Under the pieces are notes generated by a model. It was given only the letters and a program-made list of their open reading frames with translations, made no database searches and was not told the origin of the DNA. DNA of 64,000 nucleotides. Origin: Phoronis australis (taxonomy: Eukaryota; Animalia; Phoronida). The position numbers and the translations under genes are program-made. The stretch covers positions 225,998 through 289,997 of the forward strand of contig NMRA01000428.1 in the NCBI GenBank assembly GCA_002633005.1. The letters run 5' to 3'. Shown here in pieces: positions 13,322 through 25,949 of the stretch; positions within the stretch are counted from its first letter, which is position 1; every line of letters starts with the position of its first letter.

Positions 13322-14263
13322 ACAGTACACACCATGGATTTTTGCACATTTCGAATTACCGGTGGCCATAGACTAAATGTATGACGTAAAATTTAGCCAC
13401 ATCCATGATTATTTTGTGTCATTAGCTCGAAATTTTGATTTCTCTTTCAATTTTGCCAATTTTCATATTTCCCGCCATGTGACATCATGGGTTGAACACA
13501 AGAGATCAGCGACTAGCATTGAACAACGGCGGAGAGTAGGGAATTTGAAAGCTACAACGATTATGAGCAAGAAATGAACAAATACTATGAAGAAACGTAC
13601 GAGAATGGTGGCCAGGATGACGAAATGGGGTTGCACGAAAGCGAGAACGAGTTTGGTATGTTTTCAGCTGCGTACTTTCTACTTTGAGGCCTTACGAACT
13701 GAATCCTCCCGCGAGAGAACCGGCCTCGGGCTCGGCCAACAGACGATCCTGAATAAAGAGCCGATGTTTCTGAATATTAAATATCGCCCTTTATTGAACC
13801 AGGCCTTCATCGTAACATCTCCTCTGATTGGAGTCGAAACACGACTCCTCAAAGTGGGCAGAACACAGAGTGGCTCCGAACAGAATCGCTTGGTCCACGC
13901 TGAGGTCCCACACTCTCGTTTGGCGCACGAAGCGATGCCAGATGCGCAACTTTGGCGTCCTTCGGAACACCGAGACGTTCTCCGTGTGACTGCTGTTGCT
14001 GCAGCCTCCGCAAACACATCTTTTCATCCCTCTACGAACCTTCTCGACGCTAAATATACTTTACTTTCACTTCACTCTATACACTTAGTTGCTGATCCGA
14101 ACAGTGTGTCGAACGACTTGGGTTCAACCCATGACGTTGTACATAATTTTTTTTTTTCAATTTTTACGTGTTTCTTTATGAGATGTGCACTAAAGGCACT
14201 GAAATCAAGTAAGATATAATAATAAAATTTATTTCGAGGTACTAGAGTCATGTTGCGTACACT
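13322..14263 (-). mobile_element. Non-autonomous Kolobok-type DNA transposon carrying a THAP domain (copy 2)
   Basis: TTAA TSD (13318-13321, 14264-14267) confirmed by the paralogous empty site at ~7892; imperfect TIRs; THAP ORF inside. Confidence 0.88.
13791..14027 (-). CDS. THAP (C2CH) zinc-finger domain ORF within the transposon, truncated
   Basis: MKRCVCGGCSN...VSVFRRTP...WHRFV...LCSAHFEESCF has the THAP C-x4-C, P, W and C-x2-H-F signature; no AVP box and no DDE domain follow. Confidence 0.65.
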   Translation of the reverse strand: MKRCVCGGCSNSSHTENVSVFRRTPKLRIWHRFVRQTRVWDLSVDQAILFGATLCSAHFEESCFDSNQRRCYDEGLVQ

Positions 14264-14726
14264 TTAAGTCACTTTCAACAAAACAGGCCTCAGTGAACGT
14301 ACGGCTTGTAAAAGTATTATGCGGAATGATTGCTTAAATTGTCAGGATCCGTGTTTGACGTCTCAAATTCAAGTCAAGCTGAATTTTCAATTTCATATAC
14401 TATGTGATTGGAAATGGTTTATGATTTTGATACCAGTGTAAAGGAGATTCAAAGCCGCGTTTCCTTGCATTCTGGAACAATAATCGAAAAACTTCATGCT
14501 TGATTATTGTTTGAAAATGCAACAATATGCAATTTTGGGAATTGATATACAAGCCTAAAAGTCAGCGATTCGTTTCCAACAGTCTTATTCGCCAATCTCG
14601 GATCCCGCTAGTATACATGTATCATGCTGATTGGTGCGTGATATAACAACATTACGTGTACAATACTTCGACAAGTTTATTAAACTTAACATAATAGACG
14701 TACGCAAACTGTTACCCCCAACACGG

Positions 14727-15910
14727 CTACACTACACTTTCCCGTGGCCTTGACACTACACTACGCTTGCCCACCCCGCAAATTTTAGGCAAATGTACTT
14801 CTTGTTTGTCAACACAATCAAAGTCCCCATCATCATCATCTTCGAGAAAACTTTCAAATTCTTTTGAATGACTTTCTTCTGATGTCCTATCTTCGATCCA
14901 AGTCTTCTCTGGAAGTTGAGCAGCATGGCGACTTGCAAGGATCTGAAGTAATATTGCAGACAACAACCCCACAGAGGTCAGTCCTAGACAAACATACATT
15001 AAGGACATCTGACCGATATTGTGCAGTAGGTATCCAATCAGATTGTCCGTACCCAGGTCTACTAAGCTAGATATTACAGATGCCCAGCCAATCAAAACCA
15101 CAGTAAGACTGACATAATTATTTAGCCAGGACATCATGGTTGCCCACATGGACGAGGCGAAAAGTCTGTAAACGCAAAAATATACCCATAATGCCGTATG
15201 CGAAGTGAGACCAAATGATAAAAGCGTGAATGACAGTGTTGTTGCAACAGCCTGGGTGAAGAGTATGACGTGTACGGGAACAAGCAAACTGCACAACGAA
15301 GTCACGACACGTGACACCAAGAGCATAATGTTTGCAGTAGATATCAGATATGCGGCTTCCTCTTTTTCAAATTTCAAATCGCTTTCAATTGCAAAGGAAA
15401 ATCCCCAAAGGGAAAATGCAGTTGTGTGACCACGAAAACAAGACAAATACACAGTTGTCCCAATTAGTATGAGCAATCCAAACGTGAAATCCCCGCCAGC
15501 CCAATTCCTTGGGGACATAGTTTCCAGGAAACTGGCTTTTGGTTTGTCATGCGTTTTGCCGTTGCTGTGCACTTTATTGTCGGGAATCAGAATTTTACCT
15601 CGTTCAAGAAAATCAAAAATCAAGAAACAGACGCCAACCAATAACATGAGATTCGCAAAGATTATAAAGGGTATCTCTATCCTCGACGGCTGAGTGTCTA
15701 CAGACCATTCGGTGAAATTATCGGTGTTCACTCGCTGCAAAGACAAGTTAACTAAACTTTCATTAGATACTCGCTGTGTCCGTTGTCGGGAAATGAAAGA
15801 TTTGCTTATCAATGGCGTGACAGCTTGGCCTAACGGAAAGCCCACCGTGACGAGATGCAACGGAAACGCCGCTCGTTCTCTCCACATGGAGCTGATTACT
15901 TGAGGTACCA
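14727..15910 (-). CDS. MFS transporter copy C (MFSD4/sodium-dependent glucose transporter 1-like), coding exon 4 of 4
   Basis: Long open hydrophobic ORF; TTTTAG acceptor at 15911-15912; phase matches exon 3 (C+TG=L, then VPQVISSMW); family-like motif LHLVTVGFPLGQAVTPLI; acidic C-terminal tail. Four exons sum to 1632 bp = 543 aa + stop. Confidence 0.9.
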
Positions 15911-17388
15911 CTAAAACAAAAATATATATCACTTAAGATACATATACATGTAAGTCTAATGGATGCTTGATAACCCATTCATGGAATTGGGTACCGCTTA
16001 TCAAAAAGTCTGAAAATTTGAACCCCCGCAGTATAGGACTTCAGACACAATAGAGCTTTTGCCTGTTTGCTACCGGAGTTTGTAGAAAAACGGAGGTAGT
16101 GAACCGTTGCCTCAGCCGGAGAAAGAAGGGAATAGCCCAAAAATGTGGTGACCCAGGGCAGCTAAAAAGTATAGCGACCGACGGACAGGAGAAAAACAAT
16201 AAAGACTTTGGGAAGTGTTGGGGAAGTGACAGTCGTGACAGCTCAAGTTAGTTGGACACCAAATTCTTTTTTAAACTGAGTACACCAGTAAACCATTTCC
16301 CAGCACAGAGTACACCATTAAATCTTAACTCAGCACTGAGTAAAAATTAAAGATGCATTCACTATCCCGTTACTACATGTACTTAAATATGATATCAATA
16401 ATATATTAATTCGTCCTAAAAATCCAGGGTTAAAAGTCGTTGCCGAGGTATCGTCCATTTCAATATTCAGTTGAAATTGAGATACATCTTGCAACTGAGT
16501 TGAAGAGGAAAACTTTTGGACGGGTCTAACTTGTAAATACTCGGGAGAATCTCGAGGCAACGGACCTTCTTATGGATAACAAAAATCAATGCGTGGGCAT
16601 CCCAGACGGTAGACTTCATCCAATCTGGATCCCATGAAATGTCGCACCGGCCATCGCCTACTTGTTAAACCCGCAGTTGATTTTGGATAGATGAAACTTC
16701 TTTATTTGCATTTGTGATGAATTGAATTTCTGTGTGCTTAGATACTACCAAGATGAAGAGACTTTACACTTAAACGGGTTGCCATTCCCAGATTCTTTTG
16801 AGTACATGATGTAGTATATTATCCTAAAAGACTCAATGGCGACACAAGTGAAAATTTTCCATTTTGTAAAGACGGCTATGCTACGTGTACATCTCTTGGT
16901 GTTAAAAAATATCTTTTTGACAAGCATTTTAATTGCTCTTTCAAAACAGCGTCATCGCGTTCATATCTCATGTTTGTATCGAAATTGTTTACAGTAGATG
17001 GCCTGTAATTCCTCTGTCAGCGCTTTCTTGGTGGCTGACACTAACCCGCCGGGAAGTAACGGGCATGCCAGGCTAAAAAATAATTTCTAATCAGAAAAAG
17101 AACAAGATGAGGGCCACTTTATAGTAGAAAGTAAGCTTGTTCAAAAGTTGCTTGTTGACTGACAGAAAAGCACTTCCCGAACCGAATGCTCGTAAACCAA
17201 ACATTTTAAAAATAATTTATAAGTTGCTCGTTCATACTACACATATTACAGCAAATCACGCCAAGTTTTGCTTTAGACTTTTTTGCACTCGGTCGACCTG
17301 TCGAAAAATGCAATCTGTTTGGATATGATCGCGTGAGACAAACACATACCTTCACAAGTTTAAAGGGATTTTCCTATCAGACACTTAC

Positions 17389-17522
17389 GATTGTTGACAA
17401 TTGCTGCAGGGGTAACACTGATGAAGCGTAACACACCAAGCACCTCGACAGATGGCGCAATAGGCATCATTGCGTAAAAAAGAGCGCCAACAATGCAGCC
17501 AAAAGCAATCACCAAGTTACTT
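17389..17522 (-). CDS. MFS transporter copy C, coding exon 3
   Basis: CAG/GTAAGT-bounded 134-bp exon: SNLVIAFGCIVGALFYAMMPIAPSVEVLGVLRFISVTPAAIVNN; phases fit both neighbours. Confidence 0.85.
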
Positions 17523-17567
17523 CTGAAATGACGTTAAGCATTTGAAGTTTCAATGCGTACATATGTG

Positions 17568-17820
17568 ATTGTGTGTGTGCGTGTGGGTGTATGTGCGTGT
17601 GTATGTGTGTGTATCTTTGTGTTTGCGTGTTTTTGCGTTTGGGTATGTATGTGCGTACTAAGATTTTAATTCAAAAATTGCATATGGTATGATAAACACC
17701 TGCAGTAATGACGTTTTCGAGTGCGCATGCGTAAGTGCGATTGCGTGTATGCGTGTGTTTGCGTGTGTGTGTGAGTTTGAGTGAGTGTGTGCGTGCGTGC
17801 ATGCTTGCGTGTGTGCGCAC
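17568..17820. repeat. Degenerate (GT)/(GCGT) microsatellites
   Basis: Directly visible. Confidence 0.85.
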
Positions 17821-17828
17821 GCTTTTAA

Positions 17829-19973
17829 AGTCCTTCTCTCAAACTGCCCATGTGGTTCCAGTATCCGAATATACTTACTACATTAAATTTTATTTTTGAC
17901 ACCCTTTATTTATATTCTTTTCGCCTTTTTTGCCAAAAGCGATTTTTGAACAGTATTTGACCCTTCTCTCTGAGCGTATGATTACCGGTTGTTATCGGTT
18001 ATTTCCGTACCCACATTTCCGGCTCATCAGTTCAGGAACTTGTCCTGAACGCAGCCATTTTTTCCTTGTAACTGAATGTGCTATCGCTTGCTCGAAAAGT
18101 CTTCATTATTTTGTTTTATTAGTAATATCTCGTGATTCGTTTGCATATGAACTGTATTTATAGTTTGTAGCTAGTGGTCGTTGATTTTTTTTGGAATGTT
18201 ACGCGTACTTAGTATGTTAAAATAGCATTGGTGTTTAGTTCCTTACGTAGGCCGGTCGGAACCTAGGAACCAATATGAGTCGAACCAATTTTTTCGGTTT
18301 CATTTTTTTTCTCGTTTTGAAAAAGTACTTTGCTATCATCGGAAAGGTAGTGCATTCTACTCAGTAAAAATCGAAAAAGTATCAAAATCGGGGCAAGCAG
18401 TGTAAAGTTATTGCAATTTTTTTGGCGAAATTTGGGTCACTTTGTTTGGATCGCGTCGGCCATATTGGTGGAGAGCGGGATAAGTGTTGAGTTCAAAAAT
18501 TTGTGTAAATTGTTTTCGTCAACAAATTACGGTGAAATTTAGCTAGACATATCTTTACTTACTATTCTGCACGATTTAACAGTGTTCACCAAATTTCAGC
18601 CACGCAGTTGTTACTCATTAAGTGATAAATGTGCTCACAATTCCCGTTGGTCTTCGTCTCATTTCTGGCGGCACCGACAACATGGCGACTTTTGCTGAAC
18701 TGAAAGGCATGTTCAATCGGCTACTTTGTAATTTGTGAAGATTTAACGTTGATACATTTTGACAAACGTTGCAACAAAAAAGAAACTTTGTTCAATTTCC
18801 GTGTTTTTGTTAAAAAATATAAGATGTATTCGAAGTATTTTACTGTAAATTTCCCATTCAGTGACCTTACACGAAGCTAAAAAAATAGTTGAAATAATTT
18901 TGAAATGTTTTTTTGTTTGACTGTCAACTGCTGTTCAGGACTTGATTCGGTGTCACAAAATGATTCATATTTTTCTAAATTTTGAGTCTCAATTGCTTTC
19001 AAGACATGTTTTGTAACTTATTGCCTCTTAATTCAGGTTATCAAGTCAACAATATGAATAATCTTAATTTGAGAAATAAGCTATGTTGGATTGTGAAGCT
19101 TCAAGCCTCTAATTCTTGTTCCTTGCAACTTCATATTTTTTAAATGATGCTTGTCAAATTCTGGTGTAAGGAAACACTATTCCATCACCATGGTAATAGT
19201 TACATGTATGTCCACTTTCATATCATGGAAACTTTGCACAGTTCGCCAGAAGTACCCAAGTTCTAAACAAATCTCGTTTGAGCGAGCGCTGCGGCCAGCG
19301 ACCAGTTAGACCTAAGGGTAGCCTTGGCGCAAAGCTGTACTGTATAGGCCTATTAACGAGCTGTATTTTGACGATAGTCTTCACTGGTAGCTGGCACTGA
19401 GGCTAACTAAGGTCTGCCGCGGCAGTGTGACACAGGACTAACCAGCCCGTAATTTCATGCAAGTGTCTGAAACTACCCTTGAATATATGCAGCATTTATG
19501 ATTTGACCATTTTACTTCGACAAAACAGCTTGCAACCTCATGCGTTTACCGTTCGCCAGTGTCTGGTCTCGATCGGCTACGGGTCCGATAGGCTGCGGTC
19601 CGGAGTCTGGCAAAATAATTTCTGTCAAAATTTACTCGTCACATTTCTTCAGCAAATTCGATAAAATTGTCGGTATTTTGATTTTATTAAAATTAAGGCG
19701 CGCTGTCGATTATTTTATCCCCGTTTGCAGGCTGGTAACAGGCACTCACACTGACGGCGTTTTCTTAGCCTGGGTTCCTGAATGAATTGTACTTCCGGGT
19801 TCGCGGCAAGTTCAAAATGGCAGTGGTTCTTCGGGTGCGAATCGTGAGTGGCGCGTTCATTTGAACTTTTTTCGAGTACGGATCGTGTATTAGTTATGGG
19901 GTAGGTACTTCTTGGATCCTTATAACATCCTCTAACCATGTACAAAGGGTTAACAACACGTGAGAGAAGGACT
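17829..19973. mobile_element. 2.1-kb non-autonomous Kolobok-type DNA transposon in MFS intron 2
   Basis: Perfect 13-bp TIR AGTCCTTCTCTCA / TGAGAGAAGGACT with TTAA on both sides (17825-17828, 19974-19977); no long ORF. Confidence 0.85.
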
Positions 19974-20510
19974 TTAAGTGTTTCTGCGTTAGTGTGTGGT
20001 TGCGTAAAAGCATTTTAATGAATAAACTGTTCAATACATGCCGTATAGTTTAATAAACACCTGCAGCAATGACGTTGGCCAATCCCCGTGATCTAATCGT
20101 TGCACTCGAAAGTTGTCTCGAAAACTGACAAATTCATGGAACGCTCCTTGCGTCACCACTTTCCGAGTCATTTTTGACACACTGTTTTGTGAATGCCGGG
20201 ATCGGCCAGTTGTAAAACGCCTGTCGATGTTTTCCAAAGAACCAATCAATGTTAAGGTCGCAATAGTTTGCTGAACAAAACAATCAGATCGTAATGTTTG
20301 GATCTGATTGACACCAGCAAAGGCTGTCGACCATGACATCGATGAAAGCTTAAGAAAAAATTGCTGGCTACAGTTACAATAAATGTACAGCATTGGGTGG
20401 CTTTAAAAAGGATTTTGTGAGCCCGACAACTAGCTGGCTGACCGTTACGGCGGCGAAAGTAACCGATTCATTCCTTTTAGTGTTTTATAGCGTGCGTACA
20501 ATAAAACAAC

Positions 20511-22336
20511 TGCTTGTTTGTCAATCATAGTTTTACTACAGCTTATTTTCGTTTAGAAAGGGGTGTAAGACAATTTGATTCATTGTCGCGCCCATAATTT
20601 TGCCTAGCTGTTGAATTTATGGCTAATTATATACGAAATAGTAATTTTATTAAAGGCATATATGTTGAGAAAACTGAAGTTAAAATTCTCCAGTATGCAG
20701 ATGACACTACCTCACATTACTGTTTTGTCCACAGCTAAATATTAAGAAATGTGAAAGGTTATATCTAAAATAGGTTGAGAAAAAGAGTGTTCTGAACCAC
20801 TTGATTGCTTCAAGTTGACTGGCAAACCAATCAAGAGTATCGGTATATTTGTTAGTCATCACAAGCTAGAAAATGATTTTTTTTTTAAATTTTGAATTCA
20901 ATATTAAGTTTTTTAAAATTTTCTTGATATCTGGAAAAGTCGTAACATTCCATTGTTAGGCAGAATCAATGTAATTAAAACTTTTGCGCTGTCTCAATTA
21001 ATTTATGTTATGAGCAATTTAGGAATTGACAGCGAACGTAGAGCTGAGTTAAATACTATAATAAAAAATTTTGTTTGGCGAAATAAAGCACCCAGAATTA
21101 AACAAAATGTGGCTGTAAACTCCCATAAAAAGGGTGGTTTGTCAGTTCCTTATATCAATATTATGTTCAAGTCCTTACTAATTAAATCAGTTTTTGACCA
21201 CAATAAGATTAAAAACCGGACGATAGCCGCACAGATAAAAAAGTTCATGTTCAATTCAACGTTTCGTCTTCATCATTAGACATCATCAGGATCATATTAC
21301 AACAATTTAGGACAACAGTACTGACTATATTCTCTGTTTTTTTTATGGATGTTACCTCAGCTGCATGTTGGCACTTGTTGTCCTAAATTGTTGTAATATG
21401 ATCCTGATGATGTCTAATGATAAAGACGAAACGTTGAATTGAACATGAACTTTTTTATCTGTACGATTATCGTGCGGTTTTTTCAAGGCATTACTAGTTA
21501 AGTGGGTTACGCGTTGCTTAATAGATGGACACAATAAGTTTTTAAATTGTTTCCAAGGTATATTTTCAAAACATACGGGGTAGTTTGATCTTTAAATCGA
21601 ATGATGATTGAAATATGCTGCCTCTTGCAAATATTGATAGCTTTTAGCATGACATCTTGGTTGCTTGGGAAGAAATTGGTGTCATTTACATAAGGACATA
21701 ACAATTGTAAACCAAGCTGTGTGGAATAACAAAAATACGTGTATATTGAGTAATGCAAGGACTGTATATTTAATAGTTTCTTTGAGGCTGGTATAATTTT
21801 GTGAAGGATCTTTTGAATTTTGATAATAAATTTCTGACGTGGAAGGTTTTGAACGATAGACATAAGCTTTCAAATTGGATTCATTATGCTGCTTTGAGAC
21901 GTGCGATTAAGTTGAAAGCTGAGCGTTCCATGTCAAAATGTATAAAAAAATACTCTCCGGTCAAGTGAAATAAAGACTGTGTTTTCTAGAAATATTTTTC
22001 TTTCCAAAATTGTTTCGCCTCCTGATGTAAACTTTGTGGTGGGAAATTCAGAAACTTTTAATTTATGTAACTGCACAAAACGATTTAACCTTAGATAAGA
22101 ATGTTATTTTGACAGCATATTTTGGATATAATTTCAAAGATATTAATATCACATTAACTATTGTCAGTGTTTCATTCATAAATGCTCTAGAGACCAGATT
22201 ATTCCTAGACATTCACACTTTCAATGTTTCTTGTATATTTATTGAAATATACAACACTGTGAAACTGCCTTTTATTAACCCTCAATACTTTTTTTAGATT
22301 AGATCAACCGTGAAATTGTATTATTTAGATATGTCC

Positions 22337-22378
<42 letters not shown>

Positions 22379-22460
22379 GTGTGTGTGTGTGTGTTTCGTT
22401 TGCATACAACGCATTGTTGTATGTCTTAGTGTATTTAGAAATAAAATGTTTATATAAAAA
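20511..22460 (+). mobile_element. 5'-truncated degenerate L1/Tx1-type LINE
   Basis: RT remnants GVRQ..., VKILQYADDTT (~20680-20710), LLGRINVIKTFALSQLIY, KKGGLSVP; (GT)n, AATAAA and A-rich tail; flanks rejoin in the paralogous intron near 430-445. Confidence 0.85.
21211..21482. mobile_element. Foldback/MITE-like insertion within the L1 fragment
   Basis: ~107-bp near-perfect inverted arms (21211-21317 and 21376-21482) with a ~58-bp spacer. Confidence 0.7.
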
Positions 22461-23301
22461 ACAATCAGGAGCGCCACCGCTAGACTAAAATGTGAACAAC
22501 AAACAAATGTTTATAGTTAAGCCCACAAGAAAGTAGAGAGGGAAAGTTACTTCAATCAAAAATCGGATGCGCATCATTTTAGCGGAATTGATGTCACGAC
22601 GTCAGAATTTGTTGACAATGGTAAACGTTCATTTCTGAAAACTTTCCGACAGTGCAAGTTGCAGACAGATTAGGATTTTTTCAAATAAAATGAGTCTGAA
22701 TGTAAAGTTGTTTACTTTGACTCATTCGAAGTGGTAAGTGACCTTTTGACTGGTCAGATATCGGCTTAGTTGGCCCGTTAATTAACATCGGATCATGCGA
22801 TATACAAGAAAAATTAATTTCCACTTTTAGACTATAATTGGTGGAACATTCTGTGTTTTGTTTTGTTTTGTTTAATTCATACAACGACAAGTTTCGACCT
22901 TACATGCACAATCTGTCACTGCAAAAAATCTGAATGATCCAGACGATTTTCCTTCTTTGAACCGGGACTGGAACATCGGACCTTTTGCTAACCGTGGGAG
23001 ATGCTCATTAATATGTTTGATAGAATTTTCTGTATTCGATCGGTTGTCATGGAGACTCAGTGGAGTAGAGCGTCTGCAAGGATTGCAAACAAGTCCTGAG
23101 TTCGAGTCGCTGTTGGGGCAGTAACTTTTTCAGACTTCTATTCATTAGGTGGCCTTAGGTGTCGTGCTGGCCAGACTTACAAATGTTTGCAATTGGTGAT
23201 TACCTTACGTAAAAAGGGGAAAAAAAGACCAGACCCGTGCAGTTGCGAGCTTACATGCGCGATCAGGCAAATAGGTCACAAACTGTATAAAGTCAACTCA
23301 C

Positions 23302-23459
23302 CTTTTAGGGAACTTGCCCATCACACAAGCTAACACAGGCGAAACCACGAGAAAACTCAAGGATGCAATTGACAGGGCGCTAGCTACAGATGCATAGTTG
23401 CTATTGGTTCGTTTGATGAGCTCTGGTAAGCAGATACCAATGTTCGTAAATTGACAACC
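23302..23459 (-). CDS. MFS transporter copy C, coding exon 2
   Basis: CAG/GTGAGT-bounded 158-bp exon: GCQFTNIGICLPELIKRTNSNYASVASALSIASLSFLVVSPVLACVMGKFPK. Confidence 0.88.
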
Positions 23460-24181
23460 CTGGGAACAAATATGAAACCGAATGACAAAATGGGAGTGTT
23501 AACTAAGCCCTGGCAGAACCACGTGTAATTTTATCGCTCCGAGAATCCCACATGCATCCGACTATCGAAACAAATTAAAGACGGGCCACACATTAATATT
23601 GCAAATTTTAAACGTCTTTTCTATTTGTTACGCGCTATTATAAGAAGAGTGTGCATTTCCGTCGAGTCCTCATGGCGTGTATTGCTAGAATCGGTTTGTT
23701 CATGTTTGGTGGTTCTCGAAAACAAAGGCCAAGGGGTATAAAATTACGTAATTACAATGAGTTTTCAATGATTGCAAGGGATGGAATAGAAAATCACTTT
23801 GTTTTGCAATTTATACATATTCATTTTTATAAGTTTAGAGGGTCAGAAAGGTATTTTTAGGTATTCCAAAAAAGTCAGGTGTTTTTGTGTACTATTTAAC
23901 GTAAACTACATGCATTTTCTCGTTTTGTCTAATCTTAAATCCTACCTCATCTAATTTACACACAATATATGCATTAAAGCAATAATTAGAGAGTTAATAC
24001 CGCAGTTTTGGGAATACGTAGCAACAAATTGTTCCGTCTGCAAAAAGGTAATTATCAATGGCAATTTTGCGTTGGGTTAGACTTTCATTTGAAACCAAAT
24101 CACACAGACTAATATTAACTGATTGCGTAAGCCCAGGGCCCTCTTTTTGCGTAAGAGCAGCAAAAATGTGAATAAACTTAC

Positions 24182-24337
24182 CACCGCAAAAAAGACTAGA
24201 GTGAATGCCATCGATTTACAAATGAAGTAATTTCGTGTTCCCACTGGAAGATGGGGTTGCAATATTTCCTCAACGGGTTCTCCTTTGTCAGCCTTCGGAT
24301 GATTTCTCCCATTCGTCATATTTTGTAAACAACTCAT
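24182..24337 (-). CDS. MFS transporter copy C, coding exon 1
   Basis: ATG at 24337, MSCLQNMTNGRNHP...FTLVFFAV then GTAAGT donor, phase 0. Confidence 0.82.
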
Positions 24338-24404
24338 TTGTACTGTTGAGTTCCAACAGCAGTGTTCCCTGCTGTCAAAGAATTACAAACTGAAACAAAA
24401 AAAG

Positions 24405-25949
24405 AAAAGCAACGTGGAGCATTGAAATGTTCCCATGAAGGTACCACAAACGGTGGGCTTTCAGGGGTGTTTATTTGTGGCACAGAAATAGCAATTACAT
24501 TGCGCAAATTAAGTCGAATCGATCCCAAACCTGGAACGTGTCATCGCTTCTTTGATAGAAAGCTTCTACCAAATTGCCACTAGTGGGATATGGGCGGAAA
24601 AAATAACAGTAGTGAAAGTCGTCGGAAAATCATCGCCAAGCGTCCCCTTCACACTAAGAAAATGTATGCCAATTGATAGACGGGCAGACGCAAAAAAACA
24701 GCCTACAAAACAGTAAAATTGGCAACTAGATGGCACAATATACGACAAATCTATCCGAAAACAGGAACATTTCATTGTCTCAGTAAAAAGTTATTTGCCA
24801 AATTTCATAAAATTCCGTCAAGGAGATTGAAAAGAGAGAAAAACAGAGGAAAACGGAAAAAAATTGCCACTAGGGGGCACGGAGTTTATCTGAAAGTCGT
24901 TGCCGTCCGTTGTCAACTTCATATAAATACACTTGCTTAGTGTAATAAAAATCGTGCGGAGAATTTTTGGGAGATACAGCCATAGGCGTAAGTAAAACAA
25001 AACTGCCACCAGGAGGCGCCACAGTAATCGAGGTCCTGGGAAAATCATCGAGAGCCGCCCTCTTCACAGTGGGAATATACTTGCCAATTTCCACAATCAT
25101 CCTTAGACTAGTTTGGTTGATAGAGGGGCAGACGCTAAAAAAGCAGACTTGAGAACAATAAAAATGGCACTCGGTGGCGCAAAATACATGTACCTTGAAT
25201 CCATTCTAAAACGAATAAATAGTATAACCTCACTAATAGATGCATATCCGCCAAATTTTATTGAAATCCGTTGAGGAACGTAAAAAAGCTAAACTTGCCA
25301 CAAGGGTTCATACCGCTAGTCCGCTCTGCCAGAAATCCGTCGTCGTCCGTTGTAGACTTCATCTAAATACATTTGCTAAATATAATAAAGATCATGAAGA
25401 GCGAAGTTTAGGAGATACAGCCATGAGAACAAAAACAAGCAAAACTGCCACTAGTAGGCGCCACAGCAATCGAAGTCGTAGGAAAATCATCGTTAGCCAT
25501 ATTCTTCACAGTACTAATGTATACGCCAGTTTTCACAATCATCCTTAGGGTGGTTTGGCTGACACTGGGCCGGTGGACGCCAAAATACAGTCTCGAAAAC
25601 AGTAAAAATCCCACTAGGTGGCGTATAATACTTTCATTCTATCTGAAAATGTAAGGATAGCGTCATTTCACTAGTAAATGCCTAACTGCCAAATTTCATG
25701 AAAATCTGTTAGGGCACCCGGAGATACAGAAGTAAACGTAAAAATAAAACTGCCACTAGGGGGCACACCTGTGGACGGGTAGATCTGAAATTCGTCGTTA
25801 TCCGTCGCCAACTTCTTAGAAACATATCTGCCAAATCTCATTAAAATCCTGTGACGGGTTTAGGAGATTCAGCTGCGGACGACGGACCCCGGACGCCCTG
25901 ACAGAGATCAGGGCAAGATGCACCCACATATAATTATGTGGGAATATAA
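24405..25949 (+). mobile_element. Helentron-associated non-autonomous element (HINE/DINE-1-like) with internal tandem subrepeats
   Basis: Absent from paralogous blocks (~4545, ~8845); inserted in an A-run without an obvious TSD; short inverted repeat GGAGCATT/AATGTTCC at one end; GACGGAC-type short repeat and hairpin CCCACATA-TAAT-TATGTGGG (25923-25942) at the other. Confidence 0.7.

Noticed and set aside
13587-14219. 210-aa plus-strand ORF (and 1481-1933)
   Set aside because: Antisense to the THAP frame, no recognisable domain, and the frame is not conserved between the two copies.
15911-15932. ORF-track start for the 401-aa MFS ORF
   Set aside because: It lies in the intron's polypyrimidine tract; the exon starts at the AG acceptor (15910) and joins three upstream exons in phase.
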